This document shows, one piece after another, positions 28,299 through 37,115 of a DNA stretch of 64,000 bases (positions are counted from its first letter, which is position 1; every line of letters starts with the position of its first letter). The stretch covers positions 192,001 through 256,000 of the IMG/VR virus record IMGVR_UViG_3300021400_001148. One strand, given 5' to 3'. The translations under genes were made by a program, and so were the position numbers. The notes under the pieces were generated by a model. That model had not been told where the DNA came from. It saw only the letters and a program-made list of their open reading frames with translations, and did no database searches. Source of the DNA: a virus (lineage: Duplodnaviria; Caudoviricetes).

Positions 28299-29966
28299 AT
28301 GAAATACTTGACCAAATTCGGTACTCAAAACGAATATGTTTCTTTTGCAAACAGCGATGCATACGAAACACCCAATGTAAGCCTTGTGGGGGAGGGTACT
28401 GTAAAGTACAATGACTATAGTAAGATGCCACTTACAATTAAAGCATTGGAAAGTGGTGTTTTTGGGCTTGTTTCGGACTATTATGAAGGATTTCTCGAAG
28501 TTGACCTCTGGTATTCAAAGAACGGTGGCGAAAGAATAACCATTACTTCTGCTGACACCGTTAGTGTCAATGCAGGTGATATTTTGGAATTGTATGGAAA
28601 CAACACCCGTTTCTACAATGATGATGACAGTGAGTTGGGCACATACTTTTCTATAGGTTTTGAGTGCAATATATATGGCAATCTAATGTCCATCTTCAAC
28701 GGGGATGGCTTCAAGACCAATTCGGAATTTACGCCGGAATATAATAAACAATGTTATGGTCTATTTAGGGAAAGCAAAGTAGTTGATGCTTCTAAATTGA
28801 TATTACCCGCAACCACGCTTGCGGGCTCTTGCTATCAGTATATGTTCAATGGTTGCACCTCCCTGATATCAGCGCCGGCGGCACTTCCAGCAACCACGCT
28901 TGCACCGGATTGCTATTCCAGTATGTTCCAAGATTGTATCTCCCTGACCTCCGCACCGGCACTCCCTGCAACGACGCTTGTGAGTAATTGCTATGAGAAT
29001 ATGTTCGCTGGTTGCGCCTCCCTGGCCTCTGCACCGGAACTCCCAGCGACCACACTTGCGAATCATTGTTATTACGGTATGTTCGATGGTTGCACTTCCC
29101 TGACCTCCGCACCGGAACTTCCAGCAACCACGCTTTCAAGTAATTGTTATAACTATATGTTCAGTGGTTGCACATCCCTGGCATCAGCACCGGAACTTCC
29201 AGCAACCACGCTTGCGAATGGTTGCTATCAGAATATGTTCTTTGGTTGCACCTCCCTTGCCTCCGCACCTGAACTTCCCGCAACCACCCTTGCGGATTCT
29301 TGCTATCAGTATATGTTCCGTAATTGCACCTCCCTGACCTCCGCGCCAGAACTTTCAGCAACCACCCTTGCGAATTCTTGCTGTCTGCATATGTTCAATG
29401 GTTGCACCTCCCTGACCTCTGTGCCGGAACTTCCCGCAACCACACTTGCGACTCGTTGCTATTCCAATATGTTCCAAGGTTGCACCTCTCTGACCTCCGC
29501 ACCTGAACTCCCCGCAACCACCCTTGCAGATAATTGCTATCAGTATATGTTCAAAAATTGCACCTCGCTGACCTCCGCGCCGGAACTTCCCGCAACCACG
29601 CTTACAACTCAATGCTATTACAATATGTTCGTAGGTTGCGTCTCCCTGACCTCCGCACCGGAACTTCCAGCAACCACACTTGCGAATTATTGCTATCAAA
29701 ATATGTTCCAAGGTTGCACTTCTCTTATCTCTGCGCCGGAACTTCCGGCGACCACCCTTGCATCTCAATGCTATTACAGCATATTCAGTGGTTGCACATC
29801 CCTAAATCACATCAAGTGCCTTGCAACGAATATATCAGCAACAGGGGCATTAACAAATTGGGTTCGGAATGTTGCCGCATCAGGAACTTTTATAAAAAAA
29901 TCAGGCGTGTCTTGGCCCTCAGGTGTGAGTGGTATTCCTTCCGGTTGGACAGTTCAAGAAGTATAA
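28299..29966 (+). CDS. BspA-like leucine-rich repeat protein
   Basis: 13 x 26-aa LPATTLxxxCYxxMFxGCTSLTSAPE repeats; C-terminal SGIPSGWTV cap. Confidence 0.85.
   Translation: MKYLTKFGTQNEYVSFANSDAYETPNVSLVGEGTVKYNDYSKMPLTIKALESGVFGLVSDYYEGFLEVDLWYSKNGGERITITSADTVSVNAGDILELYGNNTRFYNDDDSELGTYFSIGFECNIYGNLMSIFNGDGFKTNSEFTPEYNKQCYGLFRESKVVDASKLILPATTLAGSCYQYMFNGCTSLISAPAALPATTLAPDCYSSMFQDCISLTSAPALPATTLVSNCYENMFAGCASLASAPELPATTLANHCYYGMFDGCTSLTSAPELPATTLSSNCYNYMFSGCTSLASAPELPATTLANGCYQNMFFGCTSLASAPELPATTLADSCYQYMFRNCTSLTSAPELSATTLANSCCLHMFNGCTSLTSVPELPATTLATRCYSNMFQGCTSLTSAPELPATTLADNCYQYMFKNCTSLTSAPELPATTLTTQCYYNMFVGCVSLTSAPELPATTLANYCYQNMFQGCTSLISAPELPATTLASQCYYSIFSGCTSLNHIKCLATNISATGALTNWVRNVAASGTFIKKSGVSWPSGVSGIPSGWTVQEV
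28803..29804 (+). repeat. 78-bp coding tandem repeat, 13 units
   Basis: Visible periodicity in both DNA and protein. Confidence 0.9.
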
Positions 29967-29970
29967 AATG

Positions 29971-30003
29971 AAACCCACAGAAGTTAACTCCTCTGTGGGT
30001 TTA
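29971..30003. terminator. Bidirectional terminator
   Basis: AAACCCACAGA…TCTGTGGGTTT between convergent genes. Confidence 0.75.
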
Positions 30004-30031
30004 ATTTATTGTCTCGAGTAAACAATACAAT

Positions 30032-31699
30032 CTAAGGTCTTGGAATACTTCCAGTTTGTCCATCCGGCGAAGTGAATTCAATTTCTTCGGGCTCAATATC
30101 AATGTCTCCGCCACCAATATTTGTACCATTCCCATAACCCTCAAATTTCCAAGTACCTCCGTTTTCATCTTTAACTTCACCCCAGAGGTTTACACTGCAA
30201 CCGTAAGGTGGGTCGACCCAGTCAGCAATCTCATGCTCCAGATTGGTTCGTTCGTACATTTCTTGGGCTTTCCTAAGCAGGGGATTTTGTATTGCCTCGT
30301 CGCGTTCTGCTTTGTTAAAAGCATCGGTGAAGTTTTTCAAATGCTGGGCAATCGGTTTTTTGTCTTTCGGATGAAGCGGGTTCCCGTACTGGTCCTTTTC
30401 AAGACTGTTTCTTTCACTTCCACCCCATCCATATTTTTGCCAGAACTTATTACTGGCACGACCAATCATATCAGAGGAAATTTCGTTGATTTGCTGGTTT
30501 CTTGGGGTTACCCGGCTTTGCATATCCATTGAAAATTCCTCTTTCAACACCTTTTTCACACTTTCGGTAATAATCTGTCTGAGAGTGCTCTCGTTTATCT
30601 TTACTACATTCTTCTTCATATAATTTCTTCTTTGTATCATTATTTCATTTATCGCATTCTTAATCATCTCTCGAACATCATTCTCATTCAGTTTAGTAAC
30701 CCATTTATATTCAGAAAACGGTTTTTTCTGTTTTTTGCCATCATAAAGCCATTCCTTGAATTTATCCACACTGACTTCTGTAATTTTCCTGAAGCCTTTC
30801 CAATCTTTTGAAAAGTTAGCGAAGTATGCATCTTTCGCTTCTTTTTCGTTACGAAATCCAAGCATCACCTTGCTCTCATCAAAACTACCATCGGTTTTGT
30901 TCTGGTCAACAACATATATCTTATCGAAGTCCAAATAGGTGCCGATAAAAACATCGACAGCATCCCCATCATACCCTTCGCTCCGTTTGAAGTACCCGTA
31001 ATGGTGTTTCATAACATTGAATCCCTTGGTACCATCCGGATTTTTATAATATCTCTTACTCCCTTTCGGGTTCTCTATCGTGATATCAAAGCCTTTTATC
31101 CGGACATGGCCCATACGGTAGTTACCGGCCTCTTTCTCGGAGTCAGTCGGATTCTTGTCAGCCTTGTTTGCCAAAGCGGTAATCTCTTTGTTAGTGATTT
31201 CGTTAACCATAGTGTGTTCTTTTGCTATTTCTTCAAATGCATCATATAAATCAGAATGGAAGATATGCGTTGCCTCCGGAAAAAAATATTCACCGAATTC
31301 CTCACACAAAGATTCCTCCTTATCATAGTTTGAGTGAATTATTTTATTAACAGTCTCGCTGTTTCCTTTCCGAAGCACATTTCTCATCCAGTCAATCAAT
31401 CCATGCCCAACCTCGTGCATAATACTTATTTTTGCCTGCGCCTCTATGTTGAACCGGTCATTTTCAATCCCCCGGGACCTCATTTCGGAATAAATCAACG
31501 GCAGATTAACTCCGATGACGATTTTTCCGTTAGAAATCTGCCCACTGCGCCTGTTGTACACCGCAAGCCATTTCTTACCCCGGAAGTTGTAGGACAGGTC
31601 CAGAACTATTTTCAAACCGGCCCGGGAAATTAGTTCTTCAGCATCATCCATTGCCTCTTTGGCAAATCCAAGAAATATATTTTTGAATTCTTCGGGCAT
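30032..31699 (-). CDS. Polyvalent protein: zincin metallopeptidase, InPase-like domain and leader-tagged C-terminal domain
   Basis: MHEVGH; EAGNY.MGH…ITIENPKGS…HYGY…DGDAVDVFIG…VVDQ…FDESKVMLGF; internal MKKNVVKINESTLRQIITES. Confidence 0.78.
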   Translation of the reverse strand: MPEEFKNIFLGFAKEAMDDAEELISRAGLKIVLDLSYNFRGKKWLAVYNRRSGQISNGKIVIGVNLPLIYSEMRSRGIENDRFNIEAQAKISIMHEVGHGLIDWMRNVLRKGNSETVNKIIHSNYDKEESLCEEFGEYFFPEATHIFHSDLYDAFEEIAKEHTMVNEITNKEITALANKADKNPTDSEKEAGNYRMGHVRIKGFDITIENPKGSKRYYKNPDGTKGFNVMKHHYGYFKRSEGYDGDAVDVFIGTYLDFDKIYVVDQNKTDGSFDESKVMLGFRNEKEAKDAYFANFSKDWKGFRKITEVSVDKFKEWLYDGKKQKKPFSEYKWVTKLNENDVREMIKNAINEIMIQRRNYMKKNVVKINESTLRQIITESVKKVLKEEFSMDMQSRVTPRNQQINEISSDMIGRASNKFWQKYGWGGSERNSLEKDQYGNPLHPKDKKPIAQHLKNFTDAFNKAERDEAIQNPLLRKAQEMYERTNLEHEIADWVDPPYGCSVNLWGEVKDENGGTWKFEGYGNGTNIGGGDIDIEPEEIEFTSPDGQTGSIPRP

Positions 31700-32088
31700 T
31701 AGTAAGTGTTGACAGACAGTTGTCCGTAGGTATTTATTCTTTTATAGAACCAATCTTTAATGACTTGCTGGAGAAATTTTGTCCTTCTGACTTTATCCTC
31801 GTAGATGTTTTTGAAATATGCTTCGACATTATCAAAGACCTGTCTCGGAAGCAGCGGCATTTTTTCCATCGCTTCACCGGTCTCCGGATTCTTGAATAAT
31901 GCTATTGGCTGCACATGTGGCTGTCCACCTTTCATATCAGTGTAGTTTGCCCGGGTAAAAGTTTTGTCAAGATAGTTTTTTACAGCTATCACTTTGTCCG
32001 GCTCTACAGGGTATGATGTTGATTCTTTCACCAACATCCCAATAAGCTGTTTTTCCTGTTCTTCAGTTAAAATTATTTTTCTGTTCAT
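31699..32088 (-). CDS. Hypothetical protein with leader motif
   Basis: MNRKIILTEEQ…LVKES; TATTTATG upstream. Confidence 0.7.
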   Translation of the reverse strand: MNRKIILTEEQEKQLIGMLVKESTSYPVEPDKVIAVKNYLDKTFTRANYTDMKGGQPHVQPIALFKNPETGEAMEKMPLLPRQVFDNVEAYFKNIYEDKVRRTKFLQQVIKDWFYKRINTYGQLSVNTY

Positions 32089-32168
32089 ATTTAAAGCCGT
32101 ATCTGACAACCATAAATAGTCTCCAACTTTTAAACCTGCCTGATATTTATATGTTAAAAGACAGTTAT

Positions 32169-32537
32169 ATGAAGGATTTTTTGGATTTTATATGTTCTCT
32201 TCACGGATACCTGATTAGAACGAAAGAAATACATTGGTCCACTGACAGCAACGCCGAACACCTTCTCTGTGATGAAATACTTGGAGATATTGAGAAACTC
32301 GAAGATGAATTCACTGAAAGTGCTATGGGTTACAGGCAGGAAAAGGTAAAGGTTGGCGATTTGAAACCGCTTCTTCCGAGAGCAGAAGCCTTGAAACCCA
32401 TGCTTGAGGAACTGATTGACGATACACTCGCAACAAGAAAGAGCCTCAATGCCGAAAAAGAAAGTGGTCTCGTGAGTATTTTGGATGATATCATTGCAAT
32501 GGCCCAGAAGTACATTTACCGTTCAACGCAGAAGTAA
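32169..32537 (+). CDS. Ferritin-like/Dps-like four-helix-bundle protein
   Basis: KEIHW…H…DE…D.F.E…G pattern; LDDI…KY.Y. Confidence 0.7.
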   Translation: MKDFLDFICSLHGYLIRTKEIHWSTDSNAEHLLCDEILGDIEKLEDEFTESAMGYRQEKVKVGDLKPLLPRAEALKPMLEELIDDTLATRKSLNAEKESGLVSILDDIIAMAQKYIYRSTQK

Positions 32538-32875
32538 TGGAAAAGAGTTTGGACAGAATAATTACGGAAAGTCTCTCACAGGTTTTAACCGAAAGGATTA
32601 AAACCAGAGACGCGTATGCCGAGGAGGATAAAAAGGAGTGCCGCAGACTCTTCAAGTCCTTGATTGGACTTCTTGGGCGGTGTGACGACCCCTCCGCTGC
32701 AAAAATAGCCGGCAGTCTTGCCAAACTTATGGGGGCGACCGAAAAAGTAAATTTCGCTTCCTATAAACGCAGATACAATTATACCCCCGTTAAAAGGAGA
32801 CAAGAAAATGACAAGATTTTCAACGACGGTATGAATGCGGTGCTTGATATGTTCGAAGAGGACGGATTCATTTAA
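32537..32875 (+). CDS. Hypothetical protein with leader motif
   Basis: LDRIITESLSQVLTE; coupled stop/start. Confidence 0.65.
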   Translation: MEKSLDRIITESLSQVLTERIKTRDAYAEEDKKECRRLFKSLIGLLGRCDDPSAAKIAGSLAKLMGATEKVNFASYKRRYNYTPVKRRQENDKIFNDGMNAVLDMFEEDGFI

Positions 32876-32896
32876 TAAAAAGAAACATTGTAGAAT

Positions 32897-33319
32897 ATGG
32901 TACTTACAGAACAGGATTTACACAATATGGTAAAGGAGGCTGTGATGGCACTCCGGGAATCCTTATATGGTTTTGATGAAAGCGGAATCCCCGGAGGTTT
33001 CGATGAAGCAGATGATAAAGAGAAGCCGGAAAAACGGGATAAAGACGATGACGGTCGTCCCAATGACAGCGACAGTGAGGCGGCACAGCGTAAAAGAAGC
33101 ATTGTGCTTGACACGCTGAGAAACTATGGAGAGAATGACGAGGTGAGCAATGTAAAACGCCGCAACATCATCTACAAACTCTACAATGTCAGTGATGAAG
33201 ATGATTATGACACATACCGCAGTCTTTTTTCGAAATGCCTCAATCCAGAAGACTCGTCACACCAGTTCAGTGATGCACAAATCAATGTCATCTACAATAT
33301 GATTTCAAATATAGTCTAA
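32897..33319 (+). CDS. Hypothetical protein with leader motif
   Basis: MVLTEQDLHNMVKEAV..LRES. Confidence 0.7.
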   Translation: MVLTEQDLHNMVKEAVMALRESLYGFDESGIPGGFDEADDKEKPEKRDKDDDGRPNDSDSEAAQRKRSIVLDTLRNYGENDEVSNVKRRNIIYKLYNVSDEDDYDTYRSLFSKCLNPEDSSHQFSDAQINVIYNMISNIV

Positions 33320-33322
33320 GAG

Positions 33323-33799
33323 ATGAAGAAGCGTATTATCAGAGTGACTAAAAAGCAACTCAATGAGATGATGCTTATGGAGGACGGAGAGATAACCATC
33401 ACCGACAAGGTATCACCCCAGGGGTTTGCTGCTGCACAGAATAAATCAAGAACTACCGGAGCGCAGATAAATGTCGCACTTGGTTCTACGACAAACAGTA
33501 ATGGTGGTGACGGCGTGGAGGCAAAACTTGACCCCAACGACACTACTACCAACACCAACAACAATATAAATGCTGCAAAACAGACCGGCCTCGAGACCAG
33601 TTTCGTTGCCCCCATCGAAAATTTCAACGACTACAACCAGATGAAAACCTTCTCCGATAAGGTGAGCAATACATCCGGTATTGACGAGTCGAAAAAAATC
33701 AGCAAGGGCCGTTTGCTGGAGATGAAAAAAGAATACCTTTTGAAGAATTCCAAAACTTATGAAAAGAAGGATTTTTATAACAGAGGAAATCGCAGATAA
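33323..33799 (+). CDS. Hypothetical protein with leader motif
   Basis: MKKRIIRVTKKQLNE. Confidence 0.65.
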   Translation: MKKRIIRVTKKQLNEMMLMEDGEITITDKVSPQGFAAAQNKSRTTGAQINVALGSTTNSNGGDGVEAKLDPNDTTTNTNNNINAAKQTGLETSFVAPIENFNDYNQMKTFSDKVSNTSGIDESKKISKGRLLEMKKEYLLKNSKTYEKKDFYNRGNRR

Positions 33800-34925
33800 A
33801 ATTTTAAAACTCAACGATATTCCGGAGCATCTCCTGAGTGATGTGGATTCTCACAAGACATCACTCGGGGACAATCCTTGTTTTCCCCTTGCCGGAGAAA
33901 TTTCCTATGAACATTCCGCGGCAATAAAGAGGTGGGGTGAACTCCGGAAACAGTTTGATGAAAGCCTTGATGTTGCCGGGCAGGAGAAACTCTTATCCGA
34001 GGTATCAACCAGAATAGAGGAAATTGAATCTGGGAATGAGCACATTCTCGAGAAACTATGCTTTAATATAGTCAATAAACTTTTTGCCATTCCTGCCGGG
34101 CTTGTAACTTTCAAGTGCCATATCCAACCAAATCTTGAAGGTCTTGACCGCGTCGTGCATGTGAAGTCGGAGGACACCCCGGGGATGAAATTTAAAAACA
34201 CCGCCCAAATCAAGGAACTCCGTGACGAGGTTTTCAAACGCAGGACTATCAATGCACTCATAATGGGCGCCGCCCTTACATATTCAAACCTGCCCAAGGA
34301 GTTCGTGGGAGATGTGTATGAAATAGACCCCGAACTTCCTAAACTCTATAAACAGTATAACCTTCTCAATAATCTTCTCTTATTCGAGAAACCTACGGAG
34401 ATAACCGAAGACAATAAACAGCAGGGCGGTCTGGTACGGGTAAACCTCGGAAACGACATAAAAAGGACGGCCATTGAGGCATATGGTAAAAACTTTCCGA
34501 TTCTCCTTTGTGAATCCATCCGTGGCTTTATGGAACTTTTCGCATCCCACGGACTCCCGGAAGAAAAATCTGAGGCTGAATTCGTTATGAAAAAAGCTGA
34601 CTTCCTCGCTGCGGAACCTTGGGATATGCGTCTCGGGCCTGTGATGTGGAAGTCTCTCGTATCGGCGATAGGCGGTGTTGAAAGCACATTCCTTCCGTCG
34701 ATATTCATGAAACTCACCTCCCTGCCGGCAACGGACTTTTTCCATATTATGAGTGAAATTCTGGCTGAAACGGAGGAGGGCGATGAAATTATGTCTTCCA
34801 TAGCAGAAGAAGCAAAGCACGATATCGACTACGATGATTTCTGTGACACGCTTGCCCAGAAAAATATGGATAAGAATATGATTGCTGATGAGTACCTCTC
34901 AGAGAGTGATTTGGATATGTTCTAA
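33759..34925 (+). CDS. Hypothetical head-module protein
   Basis: 388 aa ORF, MKRRIFITEE leader, upstream of the prohead protease. Confidence 0.7.
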   Translation: MKRRIFITEEIADKILKLNDIPEHLLSDVDSHKTSLGDNPCFPLAGEISYEHSAAIKRWGELRKQFDESLDVAGQEKLLSEVSTRIEEIESGNEHILEKLCFNIVNKLFAIPAGLVTFKCHIQPNLEGLDRVVHVKSEDTPGMKFKNTAQIKELRDEVFKRRTINALIMGAALTYSNLPKEFVGDVYEIDPELPKLYKQYNLLNNLLLFEKPTEITEDNKQQGGLVRVNLGNDIKRTAIEAYGKNFPILLCESIRGFMELFASHGLPEEKSEAEFVMKKADFLAAEPWDMRLGPVMWKSLVSAIGGVESTFLPSIFMKLTSLPATDFFHIMSEILAETEEGDEIMSSIAEEAKHDIDYDDFCDTLAQKNMDKNMIADEYLSESDLDMF

Positions 34926-34952
34926 TATTTATAGTCTGTAGAGTTAAATGTT

Positions 34953-35645
34953 ATGAGACTTGTTGAGATAAAGAAAAACAATATAGGGACGGGACTTTTG
35001 GTTGAAAGTGACGGATTCATTTCGTTGCAGGATGAACATAACAAGCCCCTGCGTGAGGCTATAGGGGCCCCGGGGGAACTTAATCTTCCCAATCCGTTTG
35101 TGGTAAATGCGGTGTTTCAGAAATTCGGCATTGAAAACGCCAACGGAAGAATCTACCCAGAGGATGTACTCAAAAGAGAAGTTGAGAAGTATCTTCAAAA
35201 AGTCGCTGACAGAAGGGGCTACGGAGAAGCCAACCACCCGGATTCGAGTTCAATTGATACCGACCGCATCGCTATAAACATCATTGAACTCCACTGGGAA
35301 GGAAACACTCTTGTCGGTAAAATAGAGCTCCCGCTTTCCCCGGGGTTCAGAAAATATGGCATTATCACTTGCAAAGCTGACCTCGTGGCAAACTGGCTTC
35401 TTAACGGCCTCAAACTCGGCGTTTCTTCCAGAGGCGTGGGTTCCGTTGAACAGAAATACGGAAAATATATTGTCGGTGACGATTTTGAACTTATCTGCTG
35501 GGATGTGGTAACCGACCCGTCGACCCCGGGAGCATGGATTTCCGAAAATCCAGAAGAACTTCAGCAATATGTGGAATCAAAGGAAGATAAAGAAAATATT
35601 TTAACGGAAAAATTAAATAAATTCAAAGATTGGCTTTCAATATAA
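34953..35645 (+). CDS. Prohead core protease (T4 gp21-like)
   Basis: NANGRIYP, GEANHP, LGVSSRGVGS, WDVVTDPSTPGA. Confidence 0.92.
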   Translation: MRLVEIKKNNIGTGLLVESDGFISLQDEHNKPLREAIGAPGELNLPNPFVVNAVFQKFGIENANGRIYPEDVLKREVEKYLQKVADRRGYGEANHPDSSSIDTDRIAINIIELHWEGNTLVGKIELPLSPGFRKYGIITCKADLVANWLLNGLKLGVSSRGVGSVEQKYGKYIVGDDFELICWDVVTDPSTPGAWISENPEELQQYVESKEDKENILTEKLNKFKDWLSI

Positions 35646-35736
35646 CAATTTTCACTTTTTCGTGTGAAAAAATGTTTTTTGCAAGTTAAACTATATTTAT
35701 TGATAAATAAATGGCAAAAAATAGCATTATTCAATT

Positions 35737-37077
35737 ATGAATAAAGAAAATAAAAATAGCATTTTGGACCCTGATATGCTCACAGAAGCAATCAAAGAAC
35801 AGACAAGAGATACTGTGTCTTCACTTCTTGGAAAAGAACTTAGGAATTATCTTAAGGAGTCCATTGAAGATGATGACGAGGATGAAAAGGCTCCTGCAAC
35901 TGATTCTAAAGAGGACAAAGCACCTGAGGCTGGAACTGAGGAAACAACTCCGGATGTTGCAGTTGATGATGCACAGGAAGGCGACGGTGAAGAGACCCCG
36001 GCTACTGATGAGCCCGAGGTTGATGAGCCCGAAAGCAGTGATGAATGGTCCGACTTTAAAGATTATGAGGTTGGGGATGGCGAATATGACTTGACTGGCG
36101 AAGAGGACATTGCAAAAGTTGCAAAGGTTTGGAAGGCCCTTTCAGACAGTGATGATGTTGTTGTCACACAGCAGGACGGCAAAATCGAACTGAAAGACAA
36201 GGAGACCGGTGCCGAGTATCTTATTGATACGAACGCTTCTGAGGGTGCAGAAGATGCTGCTCCGGAAGAGGAAAATGCAGAGGAGCCTCTTTTTGAGATT
36301 ACACTCAATGAAGATGGACTTGGTTACACCGACAATTACCAGAGCAAGAATCCGGTGGAAGGCGGTGAACCTTACGATGCACCAACCCCTAACGAGACAA
36401 GAAAATGGGATGCCGGTGCCCCCGAAGGAAAGAACAAGCCTTGGGCTGGTCCTTCCAAAACAGAGGGTGACCCTTATGTAAATGAGGAGGAGAACATCTT
36501 CGAGATTTCTCTTGGCACTGACGAGTGTGGAGATTTTAATGCTCCTATTGAGGAAGGTGCTGATACCAACTCCCAGAAAACTGTCAGAATGGCTAACAAA
36601 TCCAAGTATGGCCAGCACAGACCTGAAGGCCCCGCCGAAGTCAAGAAAGTTGATTCCGCCGACGGAAGCGTAAATGAGGCTATCTTGAAGAAACTTAAGA
36701 CGATTGAAGAAGAGAACAAGGTTCTTAAATCTTCTCTTGTTAAATTCAGAAAGGCCCTCAATGAGTCTGTTGTTGCCAATGCAAATCTTGGTAAGTTTGT
36801 AACTCTTGTTGTTGAAAACGCAACATCTACTGAGGAAAAACTTAATATCCTCAGCAGGTTCGACAAAGAGGCTAAGACTCTCGAGCAGAGCCAGTCACTC
36901 TTTGAGAGTATCAACAAAGAGCTCAAATCCGTCAAGAAAGGAAATGTTAATGCTGACAAACAAATGAGCATAAACGAATCTGCTGCAAATAACATCAACG
37001 AAAACAAAATTTACAAGAATGAAGATAATACCGTAAACGAGTCTCTCGACCTTATGCGTAGAATGAACATTCTGTAA
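35737..37077 (+). CDS. Prohead core/scaffold protein (gp22-like)
   Basis: Acidic, coiled-coil, between protease and MCP, many (L/I/V)NE sites. Confidence 0.75.
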   Translation: MNKENKNSILDPDMLTEAIKEQTRDTVSSLLGKELRNYLKESIEDDDEDEKAPATDSKEDKAPEAGTEETTPDVAVDDAQEGDGEETPATDEPEVDEPESSDEWSDFKDYEVGDGEYDLTGEEDIAKVAKVWKALSDSDDVVVTQQDGKIELKDKETGAEYLIDTNASEGAEDAAPEEENAEEPLFEITLNEDGLGYTDNYQSKNPVEGGEPYDAPTPNETRKWDAGAPEGKNKPWAGPSKTEGDPYVNEEENIFEISLGTDECGDFNAPIEEGADTNSQKTVRMANKSKYGQHRPEGPAEVKKVDSADGSVNEAILKKLKTIEEENKVLKSSLVKFRKALNESVVANANLGKFVTLVVENATSTEEKLNILSRFDKEAKTLEQSQSLFESINKELKSVKKGNVNADKQMSINESAANNINENKIYKNEDNTVNESLDLMRRMNIL

Positions 37078-37115
37078 CAAAACAAAGAATAATTAAAGAA
37101 ATCATAACTAATATT

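Noticed and set aside
28803-29804. CRISPR array or DGR variable region
   Set aside because: Repeats are in-frame 78-bp coding units without spacers; no reverse transcriptase or template repeat in the window, and variation is not adenine-specific
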